64,000 nucleotides of DNA from Azolla caroliniana (lineage: Eukaryota; Plantae; Polypodiophyta). Position 1 is the first letter of the stretch. Every line of letters begins with the position of its first letter. Both the position numbers and the translations under genes were made by a program. Positions 49,201 through 61,726 of this stretch are shown piece after piece. The DNA lies in NCBI GenBank assembly GCA_043228905.1, contig JBHGNT010000006.1, positions 14,818,001 through 14,882,000 of the forward strand. The letters are read 5' to 3'. Under the pieces are notes generated by a model. It saw nothing but the letters and a program-made list of their open reading frames with translations, was not told the DNA's origin and did no database searches.

Positions 49201-50556
49201 AGCCATTGTGCCACTGTTGTCCACATCTTTTTGCCATCTTTTATGGAGACAATGGCAGCGCTCAGGCCGTCAGCAGTCATTACTGGCCAATCCACCTGTA
49301 CTCCCTCGTAGGTGGCTATGATCAAACTGGCTCTATTCCTGGGCATAGCCTGTGGTCGGGGGTATATCTGACCATAATCGTGGAGTACCCGAGCAATTTC
49401 CCAAAATAATAGGTCTTCACGGCCTTGCGTGCGGTACGCCTTGCTGCCCAAGGAGTATTCTCCGAAATACCTCATCAGCAACTCCTCTGAAGGGTTGTCG
49501 ATCGAGTATATTCCCTCTTCCGGTAAGCTGGTCAGGGCTCGGATGGCTTCCTCGGTGATGACCTCCGTGTCGATGTCTTTGACGACATTTTCCGCATCTC
49601 CGTGCGGCGGTGCTTTGACTATCCTCAAGAATCCCTCTAGACTTTGTTGCTTCAGCCATTTCTTAGCTGCTTTTGAGAGTACCATGCATTCCATCTCATC
49701 GTCGGAGTCGGTAGGCTGTGGTAAGATTGGTGTGCCTATGTGTTCTGCGTGGTCTCACTTGATCACTCGTAATCGCCTGTGTGCGTTGAGATCTCTGTGT
49801 TCGCGAAATGAAAGGGACTCTGTGCGGCGAAGGTTTTCTTTCTCCATGCATGGCACCTTTTCTTGATTCCCGCGCATACATGTCTTGTACTAATATAGCA
49901 GTCAGTTGACACGTGGTGCGTTTTTTAAAGGGCTTTAATTAGCCACCCACCACACCTTTTCAAAGTGCCCGTTCGCTTCTCAAAATCATAATAATTCTAT
50001 ATTATATATATAATCAGCTCCCGGTTATTAATTATCCCCTTCTTCCATTCTAGACTTTCCTTGCCGGCCGGTTAACACATAGCCTAACATAGGGTCGCCA
50101 AAAACTGTGTTGTCGCTAGGGCTGGACAATGGCCTAACACAGGGTGTCCCCTTGAGACACGTCACCAAAGGGGTGTTGCGGTGAGATAAACTTAGATCGA
50201 CTCTTAATGAACCCTAATTTATTACTAATCGACAAGATCATTAATCACAATACACGCGTAAGATGAATTACACAGCACAGAACGGTAATTAACAATGATT
50301 ATTGTACAAAACAACAACACTCTATTAATTATCCACTAATGATTACAATTCAACTGGGCCCTTTTATAGGTCTTCGACTCTAGGTATAAACCGGTGCCAA
50401 CCGACAATCGACTACGAACCGGTCCGGATCCGGATTGACATACCAATTCTGGGTCCGTTCGTTCGCTTCTCAAAATCATAATAATTCTATAATATATATA
50501 TAATCAGCTCCCGGTTATTAATTATCCCCTTCTTCCATTTTGGACTTTCCTTGCCG
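46300..50556 (-). mobile_element. LTR element (Arg-type PBS) containing only a long accessory ORF, no gag-pol
   Basis: Near-identical LTRs 46300-46761 and 50108-50556 (the latter clipped by ~11 bp); PBS TGGCGACC at 50100-50093; extra partial LTR 49971-50077. Confidence 0.8.
46817..49850 (-). pseudogene. Retrotransposon accessory ORF (~1000 aa): globular N-terminal domain, low-complexity linker, long coiled coil
   Basis: ORFs 48981-49694, 48726-48950 and 48255-48587 share one frame; 47729-48178, 47459-47716 and 46817-47443 share the next. N-terminal domain is homologous to 61727-62266. Confidence 0.75.
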
Positions 50557-50560
50557 AATC

Positions 50561-50940
50561 TGTTGAAGTCGACTTGGGGGGTGGGGCTATATTTGTAAAT
50601 AGCCCTGAATGTTGTATTAGTATAAATACACCTAGGGCAATCATTATGTGATGATGGTCATTGTGAAAAAGATACATTTGGTAGTTGCCACTGTAACTGA
50701 GTGAGTGAGTGAGAGTTGTAACTCTGCCGCCGTTTGTTAGATGAAGACGAGCTTGAGGTCGGTACCTACGGGTCTCCCTCTATTCCTCTTTCGATATAGT
50801 GATTTGTTTCTTGGGGTTTGTGGACCTCTGTAGTTTTTCCTTTTCATTTTTTCCACGTAAAAACATCTTGTGTCACTGTATTTCTTTTCTCGATTGTCTG
50901 CATATAGTCATAACCAGTTGTGGCCGGTCGATTCTCGACA
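50561..50940 (+). mobile_element. LTR (related to 43124-43670)
   Basis: TGTTG...GACA; shares ggctatatttgtaaatagcc, tagtataaata, tttccacgtaaa and gttgtggccg blocks with the 43-kb solo LTR; no matching TSD. Confidence 0.7.
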
Positions 50941-51452
50941 TTTATCACGTACACTATTGTCATTTGCGTCTCATCCCAGAATGTCTTGGACAACTTGGCA
51001 TGTGATAGCATGCTTCGACCCTCTCTAGAATGGACTAGTTCATCCTCTCGGCCAATCCGTTGGGTTTTTGTGTTTTCGGCACTTTATACACAAGTCGGAT
51101 TCCCATTGACCGATAGTACTATTCAAACTGTCCTTGGCATTTTCCTCCGTTACCCACTTAGACCACTTTTAGTTGTTATCCGGTTTCTCCTTCGACTCGT
51201 GCTTGGAACTCTCTGAAGACCAAGAACACTTGGTCTTTGGTCTTCAGGACGGAAGCCCACAACTTCCGACTACAGTCATCAATGAAGGTCACGAAATATT
51301 GTGAACCAGCATGCAACTTTGGGTCCACGTAGCATACATTCATATGCACAAGTTCTAGCAGCATTTTCTTCCTTGTCGGGGGCCTGGTTCGGAAGGATGT
51401 TTTGTTTTGCTTGCCTGCCAAATAGTCGGTGCACTTCGTGGTTTCCAAGCTT
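50941..51452 (-). pseudogene. Copia integrase fragment
   Basis: LELVHMNVC, YFVTFIDDCSRKLW, KTKDQVF..FREFQARVE.ETG. Confidence 0.88.
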
Positions 51453-54400
51453 CTAGGAACCGACGTCACTTTGACAACCATCGCCACGATAATCAACGCA
51501 CCGATAATTGGCGAACCCCACAAATCGAGTCTCGGGGCAACCCTCCATAGGCATATCCCCAGCAGGGGCGGGAAGACTCGTCACACAACTTAGCACAACC
51601 CCAATTCGAGCACGGCGAGTCCAATACCTCGACAACAACCACATGCTTCAATTGTAACCAGTACGCCAACCAGTACCCTACCAACACTTGGGGAAAAGCA
51701 CCGGCCGTAAATATGATTACGGTTTATGTGCAACAGGTGACTACACGCAGCAAAACCCAGCAATCCGAGTGGGATATCCAGGAACCAACGTCACTTTGAC
51801 AACCGTCGCCACGATAATCAATGCACCGATAATTGGCGAACCCCACAAATCGAGTCTTGGGGCAACCCTCCATAGGCATATCCCATGTAGGGGCGGGAAG
51901 ACCCGCCACACAACTTAGCACAACCCCAATTCGAGCACGGCAAGTCCAATACCTTGACAACAACCACATGCTTCAATTGTAACCAACCTGGCCACTATGC
52001 CAACCAGTACCCCTACCAACACTCTGGGAAAAGCACCGGCCGTAAATATGATTACCGTTGATGTGCAACAGGTGACTACACACAGCAAAACCCAGCAATC
52101 CGAGTGGGATATCCAAGACTCCGTTCGACAACATGCTAAGGATTGGGTCGATGCAGCCAATAACGCCAACATCGACTGGATGCAAGTCGAAATAGCAGAA
52201 ACAAAGAAATGAAACCTCGGCCAACCGCAAACCACAAACCCAGATCTACCCAGCTTAAGCACTTCGGATCACACTAATCCCGACCTAGTTTGGTAGGCGC
52301 TCGCGAATTCCCAGATATCCATGCCACTGCACAAATTGTTGCACCTGCTGTCGCACTTTAAAGGGACGGTTCATTCCCTCACAAACGGTCTGGATCCGAC
52401 TCATCCCTCCGTCAATCTCACGGCCCCAACACCAGGGCCCCCCCTTATGGATTCCCAAAATCCGGCAGTACAACTCATCATCCACGGTCACAAAATTCCT
52501 GGATGCATTATTGATGGCGGGTTAGGTGTAAATGTCATTACGAGGCCACATGCAACAAGATCGACATCATTCAATGGGAGTCGTGTCCATTTTGGTTACG
52601 AATGGCAGATATGAGATCGGTGTGGCCGATAGGGCTCCTACGCAACCTGGAATTTATTTTGGGAGGACATACCTTCACCTTGTCCACAGTTGTCTTATGC
52701 CTCAATGGGCCAGGTACTTACCCATTCCTATAAGGAAGACCGTGGCTGCGAACGGCCAACATCAAGCAACATTGGCAACACAATATGATTTCATTTCGGC
52801 GACGAAAAGCCAAAGTCCGCATCATTACGGAAGCGTGTACTTCAATTCCTTCTTACAACAGCCTGCTATATGCGACGGGAGTCCACATGTTAGATGGACT
52901 GGCAGATGACAAAATGAACACTTTTTTGGATGAGCATCCCACGATTGTCCTGCTCTTCGAAATCGATGTTCTTTCGGTCATAGAACGATACTTAGCCAAC
53001 GCAATAAACCACGAAGCTTCCCACGAGCCTGACCTGAATTCAGTAAAAGAACTACAACAGGGCCATGATGGACTTGACCGCGAATTAGCAATCTCACATA
53101 GAGTAAAGGCTTCCACCTTGGAAGAGGTTAATCTCGACTCCCCTTCCTAGCTATGACCAATAAAAATTGCCAAGGATCTAGCAACCAACGACCGATCAAC
53201 CCTACTTGGATTGCTCACGGAATATCAGGACGTGTTCATATGGGCATACAACAATATGAAGGGCCTCGACCCTGAATACTACCAACATTAGATTCACCTC
53301 CAGAAGGATGCACGGTCGATCTAGCAATGCCGTTACCAAATGATTCCAAACTACGCGGCCAAAGTGAAAGCAGAGATAGATAAACTTCTCGATGTCGGGT
53401 TCATCCGACCAGTCAAAAGAGCCACATGGTTAAATCCCATTGTGGTCGTACAAAAAAAGAACGGACAAATTCAGGTATGTATGTATTACCGAAAGCTCAA
53501 TGCAGCCATGATAACGGATGCGTTTCAACTTCCATTCATCAACAGCGTCATCGATACGGTTGCCGGCCATGACTGCTATAGTTTTTTAGACGGTTTTAGT
53601 GGTTACAACTAGATCCGTATGCACCCGGACGATAAGGAAAAGACAACATTCGTAACGGAATGGGGTATGTTTGCAATTGTAGTCATGATGTTTGGATTAA
53701 AAATGACACCCACCACATTTCAACGAATCATCTCTGAAATCTTCGAGGACTTCATTCCAGCTTTCATGTAATTCTTCCTTGATGATTTCGTGGTGTATGG
53801 GCAGCAATTGGATCACCTTGTGCATTTACGATTGTGCCTTGAAAGATGTCGGCTGGCACGACTCAACCTAAACTCGGCAAAATGCGCTTTCCATGTTACA
53901 AGCGATGCTTTACTAGGCCACGTTGTAAGTCGGGATGACATTGCCATGGATCCTGACAAAGTTCAAGCCATCTTGAATGCCCCGGCCCCAGCCACGACCA
54001 AAGCACTTAGCAGATGTTTAGGTCAAATATGATGGCATAATCATATACTCCGATACCTCGCTGATTTCGTGACCCCCTTACACGTAGCAGTCCACGTGGT
54101 TCCCTTTTGGTGGACGGAACAGGAAGACAAGGCCTATCAATCCCTTAAAATCATGCTCTCCCAAGCTCTAGTGGTCTAACCTCCAAATTGGGCACAACCC
54201 TTTCATGTCTTCATAGATGCATCTGACATTGCTATTGGTAGCGCTCTAATGTAATGTAGAAAACTTCCCCGAATTGGTATCGCCCCGTTTACTACGCTAG
54301 CCGATGTCTCTTGACAACGGAAAGGAATTACTCCACCACGGAACGTGAAGCACTCAGCATGATCTATAGTATCACTAAATTCCGGCACTATCTGCTCTGC

Positions 54401-55125
54401 CAAAAATTCACTTTCCATGTGGATCATTCGGCATTGTTGTATCTTGTTCATAAACAAGCCCTAATTGGTTGCTTAGCACGGTGGATGCTACTCCTTCAAG
54501 AGTTTGATTTCGATATCCAACACCGATCAGGGGTCCAACATGCGATAGCCGATTAGAATCTAGGGAACCCGCGGACCAGGAATACAATGACTTACCTGAC
54601 ACATCCCTCTTCTCCATCGACACAAAGTCCACCGATCTCGAAGACGCCAAGCGACCATCGACTTGACACACTTCTTGAGTACTAGCCTTCCACCAAACCA
54701 TCTCATGCTTGATGCTAATAAACGGCTAGTAGTCCAAAGCCACAACTTTTGTTTACTTTTAAATACTTTGTATCACAATGGCTCGGATGGAATTTGGAGA
54801 TGCGGTCCGACAATTCGAGAAGGATGTCGTGCTCCACGATGCGCATCAAGGAATTGTGGGCAACCATTATGCAGGAGACGCCACAGCATGGGAAATCTGG
54901 TAGAGCGGGCTATGGTGGCCGACTACGAAAAAAGACGCTCATAATTTTTGCAAACAATGCGACCTCTGCCAACAGATGGGATAGCCAAGCGAACGCGACC
55001 GCATGCCACACTACCCTATCCTTCCCTTGGAACCTTTCCAAAAGTGGGAATTGGATTTTGTGGGTTCCTTTAAACCCCCCACAACATGCACAGGTAACAA
55101 ATACATCCTCGTGGTGACTGATTAC

Positions 55126-58100
55126 TGTTGAGAAGCAAGCTCAACATGGTATGTGATGCTTATTAGGAAATAAGCTATAGTAGCTATTTAGCTACTTGTG
55201 AACATAAAGGAGAAACAGCTAATTAGCTACTGACAGCTAATTAGCTGCATACGTAAGTAACTTATTACTTAGGTAAAAAGTAAGAGAGTAGGTAAGTAAG
55301 AAAAATATACAGGATGTAGAACTCTGCGAGAGAGAGTGAAGATAGAGAAAAAAGAACTCAGAGAGTGAGAGCAAAAGAGAGAAACAGACGAGAGCAAGTA
55401 GAGCTCCGCGTGTAATGAAATAGAAGAAGTTTTGGCTGCTACAGAGGTAAGTCTCCTTCCCCCTTCCCTTCTGTGTTTGAGCACCAAACGATCCAGCACA
55501 CCACGATCCGCCGCGCACATAAGAAGAGCCCAAGTGCCTTCTTCAGGTTTTCTTAACATGGTATCAGAGCAGAGTTGCTCATAAAGAAGAGTACATAAGT
55601 GCATAGAACTGAGAAAGGTATTTCTCTGGTTGCTGATCTGAATCAGAAAGTTACTTGTTGAAGTAATTGTAACAGAAAACCTAGTTTGGAAGAGATAATG
55701 GTTGCAGAGAATGCGGGCCAAATAGTTACAGAGAAACTAGATAAAAACAATTTCTCGGCGTGGAAATTTAGAATGACAAACTTCCTGATGGGGAAAGGAT
55801 ACTAGGATTACATTGAAGGAGACCTAGAAGAGGCTCTGGAGATCCTAGAAGAAAATGCCACAGCAGCACAGATTAAAGCATTCAAAGATTGGAATCAAGG
55901 GGCAAGGAAGGTAATATATTGGCTCTCACTTAGCATCTCAGATTCGATGCTTGGGCACATACAAGATGCTATGCTCCCAAAAGAAGCTTGGGACAGTTTG
56001 GTAAAATTGTTTGCAGTAAACACAAAAGCTAGAAAGCTACAGTTGAAGACTGAGCTAAATACCTTAGAAAAAGGTAAGATGTCAATAAATGAGTATGCTT
56101 TGAAAATAAAGAGCATATGTGAATCACTTGCTTCTATCAATGTAAAGATAGAAGATAATGATAAGGTAGAAATATGCTTGAGAGGCTTAGGACCTCAATA
56201 CAAAAGCTTTAAAACCTCTATGCTTACAAGGGATAGTATCCCAAGTTTTCCAGATTTGGTTTCAATGCTTGTAGTAGAAGAAAGGAATCAAATGGATGAT
56301 GTAAATAAAGGAAATTTTGAGAATGAGGGGCAAGCCCTATATAATAGTGGTGGAAGAGGCCGAGGAAGAGGCCATGGAAGATTTGGCTCAGCAAGAACCA
56401 ACAATAATGGTTATCAAGGAAGAGGACAACAAACCATTAGAGGAAGAAACAACAACAGAGGCAGGGGGAGCAACCAAGGTAGAGGTAAGCAAACATATGT
56501 AAATGATGATGGCTGTTGGTATTGTGGAAAACCAGGCCACACACAGGCTGAATGTTACAAGAAGCAAAATGATGAGCAAAGAGGAAAGAGACAGCAGAAT
56601 AATTATGCCCAAACTAGTGAAGATTGTGAAAAAGATGGTGCATTTGTGGTACAACATGAGATAGCAGCAGTGGCTGAAAGCTCACAGAAATGTAATGAAG
56701 AGTTTACATGGTATGTAGACTCGGGGGCATCTAACCACATGACTGGATATGCAAACTGGTTTGAAAGGTTGAGAGAACCAGAGATTCCTGGCTATGTACA
56801 GACGGGTGATAATAGTACTCACCAAATAGAACATGTTGGAGATATCCCATTGTGGGAAGAAAAAGGAAAGACTAAGTATATGTTGAATGTAATGCATGTT
56901 TCAAATCTTGCTAAGAATCTGATTTCTGTTGGACAGATAGTAGAGCAAGGTATGCAAGTAAAGTTTAAGCAAAGTGGATGCTATATAGAAAAGAATGGGA
57001 AGCTCATTGCAAAAGGAAAACGACAAGGAAGAATGTTTATTTTGGATGTTGACATGCCTAGACAGATTTCAGCTATGTTTGCAAATGGAATGAATGTAGT
57101 CTCAGATGTGGAAATGTGGCATAAAAGGATTGGCCACATAAATATGCAAACCCTAAAGAATATGTTGAGAAAAGATGCAGTGGCTGGACTGCCAAAACTG
57201 AAAAATTGTGAAATGGGAAAGATATGTGAAGCATGTCAATATGGAAAGCAAAATAGGTTGTCATTCCCTCATGAAAGACATGTAAGTAAAAATCTATTGG
57301 ATTTGGTACATACGGATGTATGGGGACCAACTAAGAATGCATCTATCGGTGGCGGCAGATTTTATGTAACTTTTATTGATGATTGCTCAAGGAAAACATG
57401 GGTGTACTTCATGAAAGAGAAAAGTGAAGTGTTTGAATGTTTTCGTAAGCTTGAATGCATGGTAGAAAAGCAGGCAGGTACAAGAATAAAATGTTTAAGA
57501 TCTGATGGAGGAGGAGAGTATTTCTCCAATGAATTTTCTGATTTTCTATGCAATCAGGGAATAAGAAGATAGTTCACATGTAGATATACTCCACAGCAAA
57601 ATGGAGTTGCTGAGAGGAAAAACAGAACATTGGTGAACATTGCAAGGGCTTTGATGACAGAGAAGAATATGCCATTGTACTATTGGGCAGAAGCTGTAAA
57701 TACAGCAAATTATATTCTAAATAGATGTATAACATCGGGAGTACATGAAGCAACTCCTGAAGAGTGTTTCTATGGAAGGAAACCTAGTTTAAAACACTTA
57801 AAAGTGTTTGGATGCCTTGCATATGTACATGTGCCTGCAGAAGTAAGAAGTAAGCTGGATCCAAAGGCAGAAAAATGTATTTTTGTTGGCTATTCAGAAG
57901 AACAAAAATGGTATAGATGCTATAACCCTGTAACAAAGAAGATTGTGACAAGTAGGGATGTAATCTTTGATGAGTTAGCCAGCTGGTACAGTCCAAAACA
58001 GAATCCAGAGACTGATGAAGACAATGAGATTGAAGACAGAGACAAATCTGAAAATGTAGAGGACTACCACAGAGATGGAAGCAAGGTTGGACAGCAAAGT

Positions 58101-60534
58101 CCAACATCAACAGAATGTTCTGGACCATCAAAAAGCTCAGATGGTAAATCTGATTCGAATTCTTGGAGTGGAAAAAGTGGAGGACACAAAAAATGTGATG
58201 ATAAAAAAGGAAAACAGAAAATGCCAGAGTATGAAATGTTGGATGACTTGTCTAAAAACATGGAAGATGAGGATTCAGATGTGTCATTGGATGATCTTCT
58301 TGGTATAAGAGGATTGAAAATCCCTGGTATGGAAAAAGCATTGAAGGATGCAAATCATAAACTGAGAAGATCAGATAGAGAGAAAAAAACTGTTGAAAGA
58401 TTTGGTTATGATACATATATGGCTATGCATTATGCATATATGTCTAAGGTGGTACATATCCCTGATCCAAGTAATTTTGATGAGGCTAAAACTGAGAAGA
58501 AATGGGTGGATGCAATGCAAGAAGAGATTGATGCATTGGCTGAAAACAAAACATGGGATTTGGTGAAGTTACCAAAAGGAAAAAATGTGGTAGGTTGCAA
58601 ATGGGTCTACAAGACAAAGCATGATTCCAGTGGGAATTTAAGTAGACATAAAGCAAGATTGGTTGCAAAGGGATATGCCCAAATGCAAGGAATTGATTAT
58701 GATGAGACATTTGCACCGGTTGCAAAGATGGCAACATTGAGGACATTACTGGCTGTAGGTGCAGCCAGAAGATGGTTTCTTCATCATATGGATGTAAAAA
58801 ATGCCTTTTTACATGGTAACTTGGAAGAAGAAGTGTATATGTGTCAACCACCAGGTTTTGAAGATAGGAAGCATCCAGATTATGTATGTAAGCTGAAAAA
58901 GGCTCTCTATGGACTGGAACAGGCACCAAGAGCATGGCACAGAGAACTTTCGGATTATCTGAAAAAACTTGACTTCAAAATGTCAAAGGCCGATTCATCA
59001 TTGTATGTTAAAAGGAAAGATGAGTGTATTGTTGTGATTCTGATTTATGTTGATGATCTCATCATTGGAGGTCATTCCATGGATGAAATAAGTAAGCTGA
59101 AAAGAAATTTGGAAATGCAGTTTCATATGAAAGATTTGGGAGATCTGAGATATTTTTGGGGTATTGAAATCATCAGATCTGAGTATGGTATATGTGTGTT
59201 GCAAAGACAATATGCAACAACTATGTTGAAAAAGTATGGTATGCTCGGATGCAAACCTATTGGAGTACCACTAGATAAAAACTGCAAATTGAGGGCTGAT
59301 TTGGGAGCCAAAATAGAAGATGTAAACATGTACAGGTCTATGGTGGGCAGCCTTATTTATTTGACCATAACAAGACCTGATTTGAGATATGCAGTTGGAT
59401 TAGTCAGCCAATTTATGCAACAACCAACAAAGCCGCATTTGGACTGCATTAGAAGAATTCTGAGGTATGTAAAAGCTACTCAGAACTATGGACTGTTTTA
59501 CAAGGCTGATTTGGACATAAATCTGGAAGGATATACAGATGTTGATTGGGCTGGAAGCCAAACTGATAGAAGATCCACAAGTGGATATCTGTTTACATTG
59601 GGAAGTGCAGGTATTTCATGGAGTAGCAAGAAACAGGCTACTGTTGCATTGTCTAGTACTGAAGTTGAGTACAGAGGAGCTGCCATAGCCACTTGGGAAG
59701 AGGTATGCATCAGAAGATTGCTTGCTGATTTGGGAGAGTATATAGATGGTACTGTCACAATCTGGTGTGACAACATGAGCAGCATTCAGCTTGCAAAAAA
59801 CCCAGTGTTCCATGCAAGAACAAAGCACATTGAAGTGCATTATCACTTTGTTAGAGAAAAAGTGATTGAAGGAGAAGTTGATCTGGTGTATGTGAATACA
59901 AATCAGCAGGTTGCTGATATTCTCACAAAGGGATTGAGTGTGGAAAAGCATACACAGTTTCGGAACATGATGGGAGTTGTAGACACTGATATGATGGCTG
60001 AAAAGCATCATGGAAAAGAAGTTGTAGATAACCCCAAGAAAGGATAAGTTGAGCTTGAGGGGGAGTGTTGAGAAGCAAGCTCAACATGGTATGTGATGCT
60101 TATTAGGAAATAAGCTATAGTAGCTATTTAGCTACTTGTGAACATAAAGGAGAAACAGCTAATTAGCTACTGACAGCTATTTAGCGACTGACAGCTAATT
60201 AGCTACAGGCAGCTAATTAGCTACATACGTAAGTAACTTATTACTTAGGTAAAAAGTAAGAGAGTAGGTAAGTAAGAAAAATATACAAGAAGTAGAACTC
60301 TGCGAGAGAGAGTGAAGATAGAGAAAAAAGAACTCAGAGAGTGAGAGCAAAAGAGAGAAATAGACGAGAGCAAGTAGAGCTCCGCGTGTAATGAAATAGA
60401 AGAAGTTTTGGCTGCTACAGAGGTAAGTCTCCTTCCCCCTTCCCTTCTGTGTTTGAGCACCAAACGATCCAGCACACCACGATCCGCCGCGCACATAAGA
60501 AGAGCCCAAGTGCCTTCTTCACATTTTCTTAACA
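55126..60534 (+). mobile_element. Full-length, young Ty1/copia retrotransposon
   Basis: LTRs 55126-55558 and 60066-60534; perfect TSD ATTAC; PBS tggtatcagagc 55559-55570; PPT gagggggag 60057-60065. Confidence 0.98.
55698..60047 (+). pseudogene. Copia gag-pol polyprotein, single frame with two premature TAG stops (55803, 57570)
   Basis: ATG 55698 is in frame with ORFs 55947-57572 and 57630-60047; CWYCGKPGH, VDSGASNHM, WHKRIGH, HTDVWGP, YVDD, ADILTK. Confidence 0.96.
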
Positions 60535-61726
60535 ATTACTGCATGAAATGGGTTGAAGCAAAAGCTCTCTGAGATAACACGACTGCATCCACCACAAAAT
60601 TCATTTACGAAAATTTATGGTGCCGTTTCGGGTGCCCAATCGAACTTGGTCAGGGAGGCCACTTCGTTAATCACATCATCCATGAATTAACCTTGCATTA
60701 CGTTGTGGTACACAAGAAAAGCACCCCGTACTACCCCCAAGCCAATGGTCTTCTAGAGTCAACAAACAAAACCCTCCAGATGATTCTGAAGAAAATTGTA
60801 AATGAGCATCGCATACATTGGGACGAAAAATTACACAGTGCCCTATGGGCCTATTGCACGATGTTCAAAACTAGTATCGAGTCCACACCTTTTCGTTTGG
60901 CTTTTAGATTGGAGGTTGTAATGCCAATTGAATTCCAATTACCCAGCTTGCGATTACAAATAGCCGAACGCTTACCAGAATCAGAGTCTGAACAACAACG
61001 TCTGGTTCAACTGCTTGAACTCAGCGAAGAACGCATTACCAGCCTGGCCCAATTAGAACACAGTCAAAGACAACGAAAAGCTTTCATCGACAGACATCGC
61101 CGGATTCCGGACAAAGCTTTCGAAATTGGACAACCAATTTTAGTTTTGCAAACAAAACTCGAGGCAATGCCCAACAAGCTTCGATTCCGATGGACAGACC
61201 CATTCTGGTTTATCAACACGTAGAACGACACGTTTCAGCTTGGCACACTGGCCGACAAAACACTTTCCCATTGGGTCAACGGATTTCGATTGAAACCATA
61301 CCGTGGATCGAACCACCTAACCCCTTTGACACACAACGACACGACCACAACCAATCTCTGGTAGGTGGAACAAAAGATGTCGAGGGTATCACGCCTCAAT
61401 CATGGTAATGGCCTTACCTACCTCCCACGTGTACACTATTGGTATTTTTAAAAAAAGAAAAGACCCACTCACTATTTATAGACGAGGAATGACCTTCAAG
61501 AAAAGAAAGTACAGACGGTTCACACGACGTGTGGCCCTTAATTATCAGTATGACAGGGAAGATCCTCAATCTAGGGCACAAGGGCACGTCTCAAGAACCG
61601 AGGCATTCACATAAAAGAAGCAACCACACTCATTCTGCTCAACCCTGCTCTCACTCTCTTACTCTCTGTCACCTACCTCCCTCTCGCTCTCCATATCCAT
61701 AGCCTTCTGAGTTTTCCGATCACACC

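Noticed and set aside
46300-50556. DIRS/Ngaro split-direct-repeat element
   Set aside because: No tyrosine recombinase or RT; the repeats have TG...CA ends and a tRNA PBS.
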